Made by a program: the position numbers and the translations under genes. This document shows positions 51,006 through 62,703 of a stretch of 64,000 bases of DNA, one piece after another. The DNA lies in the NCBI GenBank assembly GCA_001599295.1, contig BCGN01000004.1:872138-936137 (forward strand), read 5' to 3'. This DNA comes from Sporopachydermia quercuum. Taxonomy: Eukaryota. The notes beneath the pieces are model-generated. The model searched no databases. It worked only from the letters and a program-made list of their open reading frames with translations, and was not told the DNA's origin. The number at the start of each line of letters is the position of its first letter. Positions within the stretch are counted from its first letter, which is position 1.

Positions 51006-52241
51006 TTAAGAATCCTCTGTCGTGCTTCTATGCTGTAGAAAAGGTTTCTTAATTTTGTATTTATCGATGGCCCATTGCCAAACCTTGTAATTAAACCGGG
51101 AAATGACATGATTGATTTTTAGACGATTTCTCTCAGCAATAGCAGCGTCGTATTCGGGTGTTCCTTTCTCAGGTAGTTTTGGTAAAATATATAACACAGG
51201 TACCGTTGAGCCAAATGGTCGATTTGGGTTGTCTTTGTCTCTGCTATCATGAGCTAGATCTAGACCTAGCAACCCTTGATGAAACAAGAAACTAGTATAG
51301 AATAAATTTTCCACTGATTGCGAGAAACTGTGAGGATTGATAAAATATTCGAAAAAACACATCCTACTATTGGAACTAACCTTTGGTAACTTCTTTCTAG
51401 TGTATTTATAAATATGCTGAGACATTCTTAAAGTATTATTCTTACTTTTCTTCAATATTTCATTTTCACCTTCCGTATCTTCCAAGCTAATAGCTGAAGC
51501 AGATGTTGCTTCACCAATAGCTTCAACAACTCTTCGTTTTCTAACAATTTTTGTTTTCTTTTCAATTGCCAATGGACCCACCAAGAAGTCACTTACTGGC
51601 GCCCTTAACGATGTTTCATAAAGCAAAAGACCGGCTTTACTCCAATTTACATTTTCAGAGATTTCTTCTATCACATTATTTGCAGGTTTATTGAATTCGT
51701 CATTCAACCTATCAAAATCTTCTATTGCTTGGTAATTCTCATTTATCGTGTTTGGATCTGGCCCAAATGTATCCTGAATATAATCTTGTATCATAAACTT
51801 TCTTATTGAATCAACAAAAACGTCAGTATCTAGTAATGCTGAATCAGAGCTCAGTTTTGTCGTTCGCACTTTTGCTTCCGCTTGATCAGAGATAATGGCA
51901 ATTGCTTTCGTGTCAAGAACACCAACGGTGGTCATTTCAGTACTAACATGTTTGAAAAGGTTGTTAGCATTGCATAACCAATCTCGAACTCCCTTTGAAG
52001 TTTCTTGCCTTAGAATAGCTGACCGATCATTTATAGATTTCAAGATTAGCTCCCGATAATCATTCGTGAGAATTTGCCCTTTTACATCCTCTGGAACTCC
52101 TTCAAGATCATCCAAATTATTTCCCTCTTGTGATTCATTCAAAACTACTACATCGTCCAATTCATTTGCATCTGATCCACCCTCAATCCTAGGCTCTTTA
52201 CGGGCGCGTTTCCGTGTTCTAGATTCCGATTGATATGCCAT
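51006..52241 (-). CDS. NSE4: Smc5/6 kleisin subunit Nse4
   Basis: FLVGPLAIEKK and FEYFINPHSFSQSVENLFYTSFL (Nse4_C motif). Confidence 0.9.
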   Translation of the reverse strand: MAYQSESRTRKRARKEPRIEGGSDANELDDVVVLNESQEGNNLDDLEGVPEDVKGQILTNDYRELILKSINDRSAILRQETSKGVRDWLCNANNLFKHVSTEMTTVGVLDTKAIAIISDQAEAKVRTTKLSSDSALLDTDVFVDSIRKFMIQDYIQDTFGPDPNTINENYQAIEDFDRLNDEFNKPANNVIEEISENVNWSKAGLLLYETSLRAPVSDFLVGPLAIEKKTKIVRKRRVVEAIGEATSASAISLEDTEGENEILKKSKNNTLRMSQHIYKYTRKKLPKVSSNSRMCFFEYFINPHSFSQSVENLFYTSFLFHQGLLGLDLAHDSRDKDNPNRPFGSTVPVLYILPKLPEKGTPEYDAAIAERNRLKINHVISRFNYKVWQWAIDKYKIKKPFLQHRSTTEDS

Positions 52242-52684
52242 TTTTCAAAACAGTTTCCTTTTGGACTCAAAAAGCTTCTCTTATTCTTGACTAGCTACCA
52301 AAATAAATCAGAGTAACTACTTTACATATAGGCCTATGAGCCAGTAGTATGATGATCTCCAGTTCGTATCAGCAATCATTGTAGACTTTAAATTCATTCT
52401 GTTATCCTGATACAAAAATGTGCCTTTTGATCCCATTCGGAAACACATAATACCAGATGACGGATTACCTCATCCAAAACTCATAAATTTTTTTCTGAAA
52501 CGAGACGTGAAGTGACCTTTTCATTATTAGTTTGATAGTAACTTATCTGTGTATATTCTTGTATGTTACTGTTACCACCAGCGTTAAGTTGAAGACCAAA
52601 ATGAATCAAATGAATCATATAGTAGAACGGAAATGGATTATTTTCAGTTGAGTACAATATTTTGGAAAGTTGGAAAATGCCGCA

Positions 52685-54993
52685 ATGCTGGATAATGTTG
52701 AAACAATTCCACGGATAAAGGCAAGTGCTGTTAGGCTAAGAGAAGTGATAGTTTGACAGGTTGATGATTATACTTCTGGCAAACAATTACACTTTTTATT
52801 TTCAGTTTTTTTCCAAATGGCTGTCTAAGTTATAACTCTGATACTAACTATGTATGAATTTCGAAATAGCCGTTAGATCCATCTGTTGTTAATAAAATAG
52901 CTGCTGGTGAAATTATTATTGGGCCATCCAATGCCTTGAAAGAATTACTGGAGAATAGTATTGATGCAAGTGCTACAAGTATAGATGTGTTAGTTAAGGA
53001 TGGAGGAATAAAATTACTCCAAATATCAGATAATGGCTCAGGCATCAGCAAGGATGATTTAAATATTCTTTGCCGAAGATTCACAACGTCGAAGCTGGCG
53101 AAATTTGAGGATTTGGAGGAATTAGCAACTTACGGCTTTCGAGGAGAAGCTCTGGCTTCTATATCTCATGTAGCACATCTATCCGTTGTCACTAAGATAG
53201 CCAAATCACCATGCGCTTGGAAAGCTACATATAAAGATGGAGAGTTGTATCCCAGTGAACCAAAACCTGTTGCAGGCAAAACAGGAACCCAGATATCTGT
53301 TGAAGATTTATTTTATGATGTTCCAGCTCGTCAAAGAGTTCTAAGGTCTTCTTCAGAAGAGTTCTCAAAAATTCTTAGAGTTGTAGGATGTTATGCAATT
53401 CATTGTTTAGGAGTTTCGTTTTCAGTTAAAAAGCAAGGAGAAACATTTCCTTCTTTGGTTATATCGAAACCTGACTTATCTGTGGAAGAGCGAATTAGGT
53501 CAGTGTTCGGGTCAGATATTGCAAATCATTTATTGAAAATCTCTGTACCTGAATACAGCGAACTGGGTCTTAAATCTGCCAATGGGTTTATAACAGACGG
53601 AAATTTTCGTGCAAAAAGAAACGTACCGCCGGTTTTCTTCATCAATGGAAGACTGGTTAATTGCGATCCTTTGAAGAAAGCCTTGATGCAAGCGTGTTCA
53701 GCATTTCTACCAAAAGGCTCCCAAGCATTTATATATCTTGCCTTAGAACTAGATCCAACTGGTGTTGATGTGAACGTTCATCCTACCAAAAAAGAAGTAA
53801 GATTTCTACATGAAGAGGAGATAGTATCTCAAATTATTGATAAAGTATATGAAATCTTGAGTAGTGTCGATTCATCAAGGGTATTTCCTATGCGTCAAAT
53901 TGCCCTGCCAAATTTAAAGAGGAAGACAGAGGACGAACAATCTAATAATCTTGCTCCAAAGCAAAGAAAGCTTTATGAATACCGAATGGTCAGAACAGAT
54001 GCTCGCCAAATGACTATTACATCGCTTTTGGAGTCTCAATCATATCCCAATTCTCAGAATACACTTAAGAGAGACGAAATTGAAGAAGAAGATACTACTA
54101 TTATTCCAGGCGAGTCTGAAAATCAGGAGGGAGAAGAAGAAGAGGAACAAGAAGATACTACCAATGATGAAGTTGAGGTTCTGGAATTAAACTTACAGCC
54201 AAAGCCAACAAATTTACTGTCAGTCAAGCAACTGCGTGAATCAGTAACTACTGAAACAAGTGAAGACCTTTTAGATATCGTATCTTCAACGACATTTGTT
54301 GGAATTGCAGATTTTGATAGAAGGCTATTACTTTTACAACATAAAGTTCGTCTATTATTATGTGATTACGCAGCTTTTTTCTTTGAGCTGTTCTATCAGA
54401 TTTCGCTATCAGATTTCAATATGTTTGGCAGTTTTCAATTTTCTGAGCCATTATCAGTTAGAAACCTGTTAAAAGTGGCTTTTGATACTTGTGAACCCAA
54501 TAATAATAATGCAGAGCAACAAATTACTATTATTATACAAAAGTTAGCTGAAATGAGTCCGATGCTACAAGAATACTTTTCATTAAAATTTGACTCAGAA
54601 TTGTCATCTGAAAAAGATATTAGTATTCACGGCATTCCCCTTTTAACAACAAAGTATATACCAACAATGGCTAAATTGCCTTTACTCCTATATAATCTTT
54701 CTCCCAAATTAATAGATTGGGACACAGAAAAATCATGCTTGGAAGCTATTTGCAGGCAAATAGCAGAATTCTATGTACCAGAAGCGATTTCAGATGATGT
54801 TATCTCTGAGAAGGACCAGGAAGATGAAGAAGGCGAACAGGAGAGGAACCGGAAAGAGTTTTTAGCTGATTGTATTGAACATATTTTGTTTCCTTTAATG
54901 AAGAAAAGGCTGTTGCCGTCAATCAGACTTGAATCTTGTTTGACAGAATTAGCAGACCTTCCTGGGTTATACAAAGTGTTTGAGAGATGTTAA
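52685..54993 (+). CDS. MLH1: MutL homolog; exons 52685-52720, 52870-54993 (GC-AG intron)
   Basis: RIK|PLDPSVVNKIAAGE, KELLENSIDA, GFRGEALAS, DVNVHPTK and terminal LYKVFERC. Confidence 0.96.
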
Positions 54994-55396
54994 AGATATG
55001 AATGAGAAATAAAAGAGGACTGATATTTTTCAGACTTTAACCGTCTGATTACACATTATAGTAATCACGAACTCCATAGCAATTACGTGATAATGAAAGT
55101 ACATTATATTATAGAGGCTGAAAAAATGCATTCCAGCAGCTATATGACTTATCATCGAAAATCTTCCACTAAATGCTTCCTATCATTATCATTCTAAAGT
55201 GTTTCATCCAGCAAGATATACAAAATGTATCTTCAATTACTATTACTTTTGTTTCTGTCATATCTGCTTCAATTATTTTCAATTATTTACTCTACTTTCT
55301 TATGTCTCCATTTTTTGCTTATGCTCTCAACTATTTTTCTTTCTTGAGCATATGCTTCATCGAACAGTTTCATAAAACTTGCCAAAGACCACAGCT

Positions 55397-57157
55397 TTAT
55401 CTTTCATATTTAACATTCCATGCAAAATAATATAACAACACACCAAAAGGTTGTCCCAAGAAGAAACTTAACCAAAAGATGCAATTGCCAATTTGTGTTT
55501 GAACACCTCTCGTTTTCTCCAAGTTTGACGTGATACTTATCAAAGGTACTTGCAATATCATACATAGAAAGGCTATTCCCAATATGTTATGAGTAGGAAT
55601 ACCAACCAATATTTCATGCAAAAATGCTGATACGACAAAAGTGATTGTAGAAGCACCTACCGAGGAAAAGCTCTTTTTTCGCAAAGGCATAAAAATATGA
55701 TGTCTAAAGTAATTAGTTACCGGTTTATTCCAGAGCCTCCAATATGCTTCCACAGAACCAGAATTCCACCAATCTTGGTAAAAATCCCGATCCGCAAACT
55801 TCATTAGCTCAGCTAATAAATTAAGAAATGACTGAAAAACTAAAACAAAGCCTAGAAGCCAAACAATCATCGAAACAGTGGCCAGCTTCATTAACCTCTC
55901 GGCTATTCCGATGAAATCTAACTGTTTAAATTTGATCAATGAATTCTCTAACGTTGGTACAGCATATTGCAGTGTAATAAACCAGATAGCCATCGTTAAA
56001 ACAATGATCTCGACGATGCATTGAAGTACAAACTTGAAATGAATCTTGTCTCGTCTTGGATAAACAGGCTGGTATACCAGAGTTGGAGCCCACCAAAAGT
56101 ATATCAGATTGGGCAGAGAAATGTTTTTCGGGTACGCCTGAGATCTATACAAACCTGGTAATGTTGGTAAATCAGGATCTTGAACATACATATCTCTTAG
56201 ATCTCGGTTCGTTAATGCGTATGATGCAACTTTCATGCAAAGGATTACTGAATGGAATTCACATAAAGTACCGACAAAAGGGTGTTGAATAACAAAATAT
56301 ACCACAAATGATGTGTACAATAAAGAGGCCAGACAATTAATGCCATGAAGTATAAGTATGATTTGCCAAAGATGTTTTTCAGATTTTGGTGATGCAGTTG
56401 AAGCNCGAAATCGAAGAGCTGCCCTTTCAATGAGATATGCAATGAATAGATGCATTGGAATAGCAACATAAAGGATCAAACCAACTTCCAGATCTTTCTT
56501 GGAGATAGTAAAGTTGGAAAGTGGTGATGTAATTCCATACTTCATATAATTTTCCACAATTAATCTGAGATTACCCATTATAAACATAATCATTATCAAG
56601 TTTCGAAAACCAGCTCCCGACACATTCTGTGCATTAGGCGGCACAGATAAATTGGTCGTGAGACCCCGGGCGTCTTGAGTATTTTTTCTTCTCTCATTTG
56701 CTTTTGGGAACTGATTTTCGTGAAATGTTTTGAGTTCTTCAGAATTATTGTCTCCATTTGCCTTTGCTTTCTGTTCATCTAGATCCTCATCATCTGATAC
56801 CATGTTCGTTTGCCTACGAGAAAATCGTAGCCACGATCGATACCTTAGATATCTAGTCATTAAACTGTCAATAGATTGACGATGTACTGGAACAACATGT
56901 GGTGATAATGTATGATATCTCAGCTTTGAATCTTGTCGTTTGAGCTGATTCGATTGTGCTTTTTTACCAGTTATATTTAGAGCTTTAGTCAAGTTTGACT
57001 GTTCCTCAACTTTCTTCTTCTCGATAACCTTATTGATGCTATCATCATGATTTATTTTGCTGGTATCACCAGTCGTACTACGGCCATTGACAATTGGATG
57101 CCGTTGCCTAAGCCCTGGATCGATAATTGTTTCTTTTTCATTTGTTAATAGACTCAT
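55397..57157 (-). CDS. MBOAT acyltransferase, DGAT1-type diacylglycerol O-acyltransferase (Yarrowia Dga2-like)
   Basis: NLRLIVENYMKYG, APTLVYQPVYPR, FADRDFYQDWWNS, WRLWNKPV, SAFLHE and GNCIFW.SFFLGQP. Confidence 0.88.
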   Translation of the reverse strand: MSLLTNEKETIIDPGLRQRHPIVNGRSTTGDTSKINHDDSINKVIEKKKVEEQSNLTKALNITGKKAQSNQLKRQDSKLRYHTLSPHVVPVHRQSIDSLMTRYLRYRSWLRFSRRQTNMVSDDEDLDEQKAKANGDNNSEELKTFHENQFPKANERRKNTQDARGLTTNLSVPPNAQNVSGAGFRNLIMIMFIMGNLRLIVENYMKYGITSPLSNFTISKKDLEVGLILYVAIPMHLFIAYLIERAALRFXASTASPKSEKHLWQIILILHGINCLASLLYTSFVVYFVIQHPFVGTLCEFHSVILCMKVASYALTNRDLRDMYVQDPDLPTLPGLYRSQAYPKNISLPNLIYFWWAPTLVYQPVYPRRDKIHFKFVLQCIVEIIVLTMAIWFITLQYAVPTLENSLIKFKQLDFIGIAERLMKLATVSMIVWLLGFVLVFQSFLNLLAELMKFADRDFYQDWWNSGSVEAYWRLWNKPVTNYFRHHIFMPLRKKSFSSVGASTITFVVSAFLHEILVGIPTHNILGIAFLCMILQVPLISITSNLEKTRGVQTQIGNCIFWLSFFLGQPFGVLLYYFAWNVKYER

Positions 57158-58514
57158 ATTCTACTTTCTGTTATGACAATACAATTAAGGCAAAACAAAA
57201 CCTTCAGTTATTCAGTGTATCTTCAAGGTTTCCCAGCTTCTTCTCAATTTTCTGTTATACTATCTTCCTACTTGCTCTCTTCTTGCTTTCTCTTTTCCTT
57301 CACGTTTCCTTTCCTTTCCCCTCGCTTCTTTGATCTTATTTACTGCTTGCTTCTTCTGTTGGGGGAAGAATAACGTAAAAAGAACTGAGGGTAAACAGTG
57401 TCTTTTCCAAAACGTTACTCAAATCCCAAGTCAACGGAAACTCAAGGAAACAAATAACTTACTACGGCTTCTTCATCAATTGAATTCAATTAGAAAATTG
57501 ATAAAATTTAATGATATTAATCTGCATTTCTCACATACATTAATTGAAACCAACAATCACATAGAAACAAGACCTCTTCATGATTTTTGATGTGTTCGAT
57601 TTATTTACATTACATAACCACAGGTAATAATACAATACCATTTAATTATTCCCTCTCATGAAAGTTAAATGCCCGTATCAACTAGGGAACCCAATTTTCG
57701 TCTATAAAGTGGAGATTGTACTAATTTTCACATGCAAAGTTTGGGTTTAGCCCAATGGAGAAAAGTGGGGAAAATATATGTATAATACAAATGACAGATG
57801 ATCACATGAATCAAATGAAGTTCAATTGAAGTTTCCAAACGGATAAAGAAGAGGTGGGAAAAATAAGAAAGGAAAGAAGCAGTGAAGGAAGAAAGGATAC
57901 ATAATAATCTTACTTTTATGTTATTATTCTCGGTTGATAATGGTTATCGAATAACGTGTATGAATAGTAATGAAGACGATGTAATTAGAAAGAAAAAATG
58001 CTAAAATAACAGGTATTCAGTTGAATCAAATAGTTGGAGAATTCTCTTATGATTGTTGGACCAGTGAGATAGTCATTGGTTATTAGGTATGAAGAAGAGA
58101 AGGATCATTAGAAAAAATGATCAAAAGACAATGAGCTATTTAGATCAAGTTATAATCAGACATTGTTGGTTAGTTTATTGAATAAACAACACTAATGTCA
58201 ATAAAATGGTGATCTACTCATCATTTAAACAACCTTAAGATAATTAAATTGAATTGATAGTAAAAGAATGCACTACTACCTTCAATCAAATGTGACGACT
58301 ATCATCTAATTCTAACTCGTCTATGTACGCAACGTTCTCATTTAATTAGTAATTTTTTTTCCTTCTTTTTCTTCCTCTATCTCTTTCTTGTAAGATAATT
58401 ATTGCTATTAATTCGTTGTCATGTGCCTTCATACTACATTTCCAGTCTCTTTATGACCAGTCTTCCTTTTTCTTTTCCTTCCTATTAGACAATCCTTCAT
58501 CCATTGCATGCAAA

Positions 58515-59708
58515 TCAGAACTCGCTATCCTCAGGAAACCAAACGTCTAAATGAGATAATGAAATTTGATAAAGTAACAACATTATCGAGCTCTGCACAG
58601 ATGTCCAAACAAAACGAGGCACAACCCCGGAAAATAAACCACGAATCCCTTCCGTTTTATATATCAGACCCAAGCCTTTTGATACACTTGAGGTTCCAAT
58701 ATGTACAGGCGATTGACCACCAGTGCTTGGGACATGAAAATGATTCGATCCCCCTGTATGTAGACCTTTAGTTCCTGTTGTTTTAGAACTTGGTGGAGTA
58801 CTTGTTCGGTAACTTCCACTTCTAGAGGTAAATCCAGATGGTGTCTTCTTCAAAGGCTTCTGAGTTTGAATTCTTGTTTTTATTACATCTAATGGTGTTG
58901 TTATAACTCCTGCTAATCCACCAGCAGCTGCACCAGTTAATAATTCCGCTATTACTGTTAATTCAAAATCACCATATAACTCACTGCCAACACCCGGGTG
59001 TTTTGGTTGAACAAACGATGATACAGCAAAAGCCGCTTGACGAAATCTCTCATAAAATGTAAATTGTAATGCAGAAAATGGTAGATCTCGTACTAATGTA
59101 GCTTTATATCCATAGAAGAAAGTTTGCCAACCCTCTTTCATAATAATATCACGTATGGCATTAACAGTCCCATTATAATTATAGCCAGATGCAAAAAATT
59201 CATTGTTATATTTTCCTTGAAGTTGCAACCTTGTTTTGAGGACTTCTGACGGAACATAAACAATACTTGAAGCCAAGTCACCAAAAAATCCAGCTGTGAA
59301 ATGCGTGACTGTTTCATTGACACCCCACCTATCAATTAATAACCTTTTTAATGCTTCATATGTACCAAAGAATATTGAAGTTCCTGGAAAACTACCTAGC
59401 ATAGCTGCTCCGTAACCACCATATAAACCCTTCCGTAGCCCTTCTTCTCTGAATATTGTTCTGTATGCTGATACCATGTTTCGATACTTTGGAATATATG
59501 GTGCCCCTTGTTGACGAGTCTTCACTGTGTCTAAGGAATGCATGCTCGAATCCCCAACAGCTCCTCCTAGCCCACCGGCTAAGACACAATGGATTATAGG
59601 ACTACTATTATATGATGGATCATGCTCATTGTTATTTGCTTTTCTGTTTTTCGACTCCCGGCTTGAAGTTGTGATGACTGACACAGTAGCCAGACTGTCC
59701 TCAGCCAT
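58515..59708 (-). CDS. MME1: Mitochondrial carrier, Mg2+ exporter Mme1-like
   Basis: [34 protein letters not shown] and [12 protein letters not shown] carrier repeats. Lies near MLH1, as YMR166C does. Confidence 0.88.
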   Translation of the reverse strand: MAEDSLATVSVITTSSRESKNRKANNNEHDPSYNSSPIIHCVLAGGLGGAVGDSSMHSLDTVKTRQQGAPYIPKYRNMVSAYRTIFREEGLRKGLYGGYGAAMLGSFPGTSIFFGTYEALKRLLIDRWGVNETVTHFTAGFFGDLASSIVYVPSEVLKTRLQLQGKYNNEFFASGYNYNGTVNAIRDIIMKEGWQTFFYGYKATLVRDLPFSALQFTFYERFRQAAFAVSSFVQPKHPGVGSELYGDFELTVIAELLTGAAAGGLAGVITTPLDVIKTRIQTQKPLKKTPSGFTSRSGSYRTSTPPSSKTTGTKGLHTGGSNHFHVPSTGGQSPVHIGTSSVSKGLGLIYKTEGIRGLFSGVVPRFVWTSVQSSIMLLLYQISLSHLDVWFPEDSEF

Positions 59709-61216
59709 TATTCTGTAGCAAATTCAAAATGAATTTATAGGTAATTGAAATTGATTTGAACAAAGTAGAATGAATTATACAATCATTTGCTCAAAAAAAA
59801 AAGGCTCTAAGGAAACAAGCTCATGCAAAACGCTTACAATAAATCATCCAACCATAAACGCAATTGACTCCAAGTGTTATTCAATCGAAAGTATCGCTCT
59901 TGTTTTGAATGGCAAAAATTCACGGTAGTGATTGATCTAATCACTTTTCTTTCTTCTTTATTCACCTGTTCCTTTTGTCCCAGTATTCTCTTTTCTTCTC
60001 TTTAATTTTTTTACTACTGTGATGTAACTTGAATGCAGAATACCTTTTCTAGTCCTTCATTTGTCCTTACTGACGAACTGCAATGACGTGTACTAAATCT
60101 TTATAACTCTTCACTTCAACTTCTAGTTTCCGTTGGTAACAAATGATTCAAATATACTATCACCGGAAAACTAATCAGTTTTTTTCCATCAGCTCCAAGA
60201 TCGAATACGAGTAAAATTAATACTCTTTAGAGGAAAGATATTCAATCTTTTGAGTGCTATTCTACCATTCCCAATGATCGTTCCTACTTTTTGACAACCC
60301 CTTCGAAGTTCTCTTCTATTCACTTCAGCATTCAATATTCAATCCTCAGATGGACATATCAAATGGCCATATTGTTTCCTTCTATTGTAATGATTGATTG
60401 ATTGATTGGTGATGTCCCTTGCCTGTTTTATTTCTCTGTTTCCTGTTACGTGAAGAGTTTTTTATCCTCTATTGAATTGGCCGGAGTTATCAAACAAGAG
60501 GGCCTGGACTGTTTGTTTACTATGTCTAATGAATTTGAAGGCAATCATAGTTTACTCTCAGACCCTTAAAAGAGTCTCAAAATAATAGAGGAAATAGTGA
60601 TACAGTTCATTGAATCAAATACCGGAGACGATAAAATTAATCTCAAGGTCACCTGATCATCCTATCTGTACTATGTGACAGTGCTCTGGCATGATACATA
60701 ACAAATGTCAAACGAGCAGTCGTTGATTGATATTAGAAAGGCAATGCGAATGATTGCTTGTCTGATGAAACATAAGTGTATATGACAGTGGAGAATAGAA
60801 GTTAATGTCTTAATGAAAAGAGAAAGATAGACCAATCCAAAATTGTATGTGAATGAACAAGAGTCGTCTCCATCTCTTTTATATTGATAACAGACTTCTT
60901 ATTTACGCAAGGACTACTTCAGGTGGATTTGCGTACACATACANGGTTGGACTATGAAACAGAAGCTTTGACAACATTGAACAAAAGGAACGAAAAGTAT
61001 TTGATAAAAGAGAACAAGATCTAAGTTAGATTAATGAATTCGTGGTAATTGAATGTATGAGCTTTGAGAGCCGCTATTAAAAATTGAACTGCTAGAAAGC
61101 TGTGGTATCAAAACATTGGGAGGAGTTCTTAGTTTATTATTTTTTGACATCAATTGGTTGTCTCTTCAATTGAATATCAGCTTATTGATTAAGATTTGTC
61201 AAGCTATCAACATATT

Positions 61217-62587
61217 ATGAGTGAAACAGAATTAGTACAACAGGATTGTAATCCAGATCATCAATTCGCTCAAGATGTCATCAAATCTGGGTGGCTTCAG
61301 AAAAGAGGTAAAAGTAGAGTATGTGTTGCAAGTTGACTTTGGTGCGAGCAGAACAAGAGTCAGTTAGCTTAACTGGAAAGAATCAGCGAAATAATTGATG
61401 GCATCCTCAGGAATTTTTCATGCTAACAGATCTATCTTTCTAGACATGGAAAAAGCGCTGGTTTGTTCTAAGACCTAATCAACTTACTTATTATAAAGAT
61501 GAAAGGGTAAGAAAGCTTGTATTGATCTGACTCATATTACCAAGGGTTCAAGATACTACCAACTTTTTTTATTTATCAATCATATGAGCTTTCTAAAACT
61601 AACGAATGTATACCTTTACAGGAATATAAGGTACGAAGAATTATTCAGTTGGAAGATATAACAACAGTTGCTAATAGGANAGACCATTTCATTCTATTTA
61701 CAACTCAGAATAAGAAACTTTATCATTTACGAGCAGAGAGTGAGAAAAAAAATGAAGAATGGGTGAATATTTTACAAGAAATTTTGGAAGATGATGCAGA
61801 AAGTATTCTGAACAAAAATAAATCGGAACCGGTGATACGTCAACCAAAGAAAACTATGACCCTATCATCAGATAGAACAGTTCAGAGATTGAATTTGCCA
61901 TCAATGTATGTAAAAGCACCAAGGAATCATCCATCATCGTCCTCTTCAGTTATATCTCATGTTGCTCGAGATACAATTCGTCATCATTCATCATTCACGT
62001 CCACTTCTCAAACGGATTTATCACTGGGATTTACATCAGAAGCATCCGAAGGTACGGATAAGGAATCCTCAACTGTTTCACCACCGTTACCTCCTCCAGT
62101 ACCTGCATTTAACATATCTGAACCAATTATTGAAGTTGAAGAAGATACCGCAGATAAAAATAGACCTGATTATAAAAACCTACCACCGGTGACAGATCCT
62201 ATATCATTCTTACCATCATCACCAGAACGAATAATAGAATTGGGTACATTATTAAGACTGCGAAAAAGGTATAATCAATGGAGAAGATTTTATTCTGTTT
62301 TAACTAACAAACGACTACTATTCTACAAAGCTAATAAAGATGAAGGGTCTGAAACAGCAGCTAATCAACTGCTTGATCCTAACCCAATCAAATCAATTGT
62401 TATTTCCGATATGTTAGACGCTGTGGAACTAGACCCTATATCAAGACACGAAGTATATTGCTTCTTATTAGTAACTAGGGAACGACAAATCAGATTTTGC
62501 TGTCAATCAGAAGATGAACTAATAAAATGGTTGGCCAGTATTAAAGGAGCTATATTATCATATAAAAAGGAAAACAAAATTCAATGA
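61217..62587 (+). CDS. OPY1: Dual PH-domain protein, Opy1-like; exons 61217-61318, 61444-61506, 61622-62587
   Basis: PH1 KSGWLQKRGKSR|TWKKRWFVLRPNQLTYYKDER|EYK; PH2 KRYNQWRRFY..LIKWLASIK. Two phase-0 introns. Confidence 0.8.
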
Positions 62588-62703
62588 TTGGGGAAAACAG
62601 TACGANAAACATCATATTGAACTCGTTTTGAATGTTTTTAGTTTAGCATGAAAAATAATATACAAAAATGTTATAGCATTCAGTTCATATATAGCTTAAT
62701 GAT

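Noticed and set aside
52349..52410. Box C/D snoRNA-like ATGATGA..CTGA
   Set aside because: Only about 60 nt, no rRNA-complementary guide I can recognise, and it lies in the NSE4/MLH1 promoter.
60391..60409. (TGAT)n short repeats, also near 25550 and 26535
   Set aside because: Ordinary microsatellite-level repeats with no spacer or array structure.
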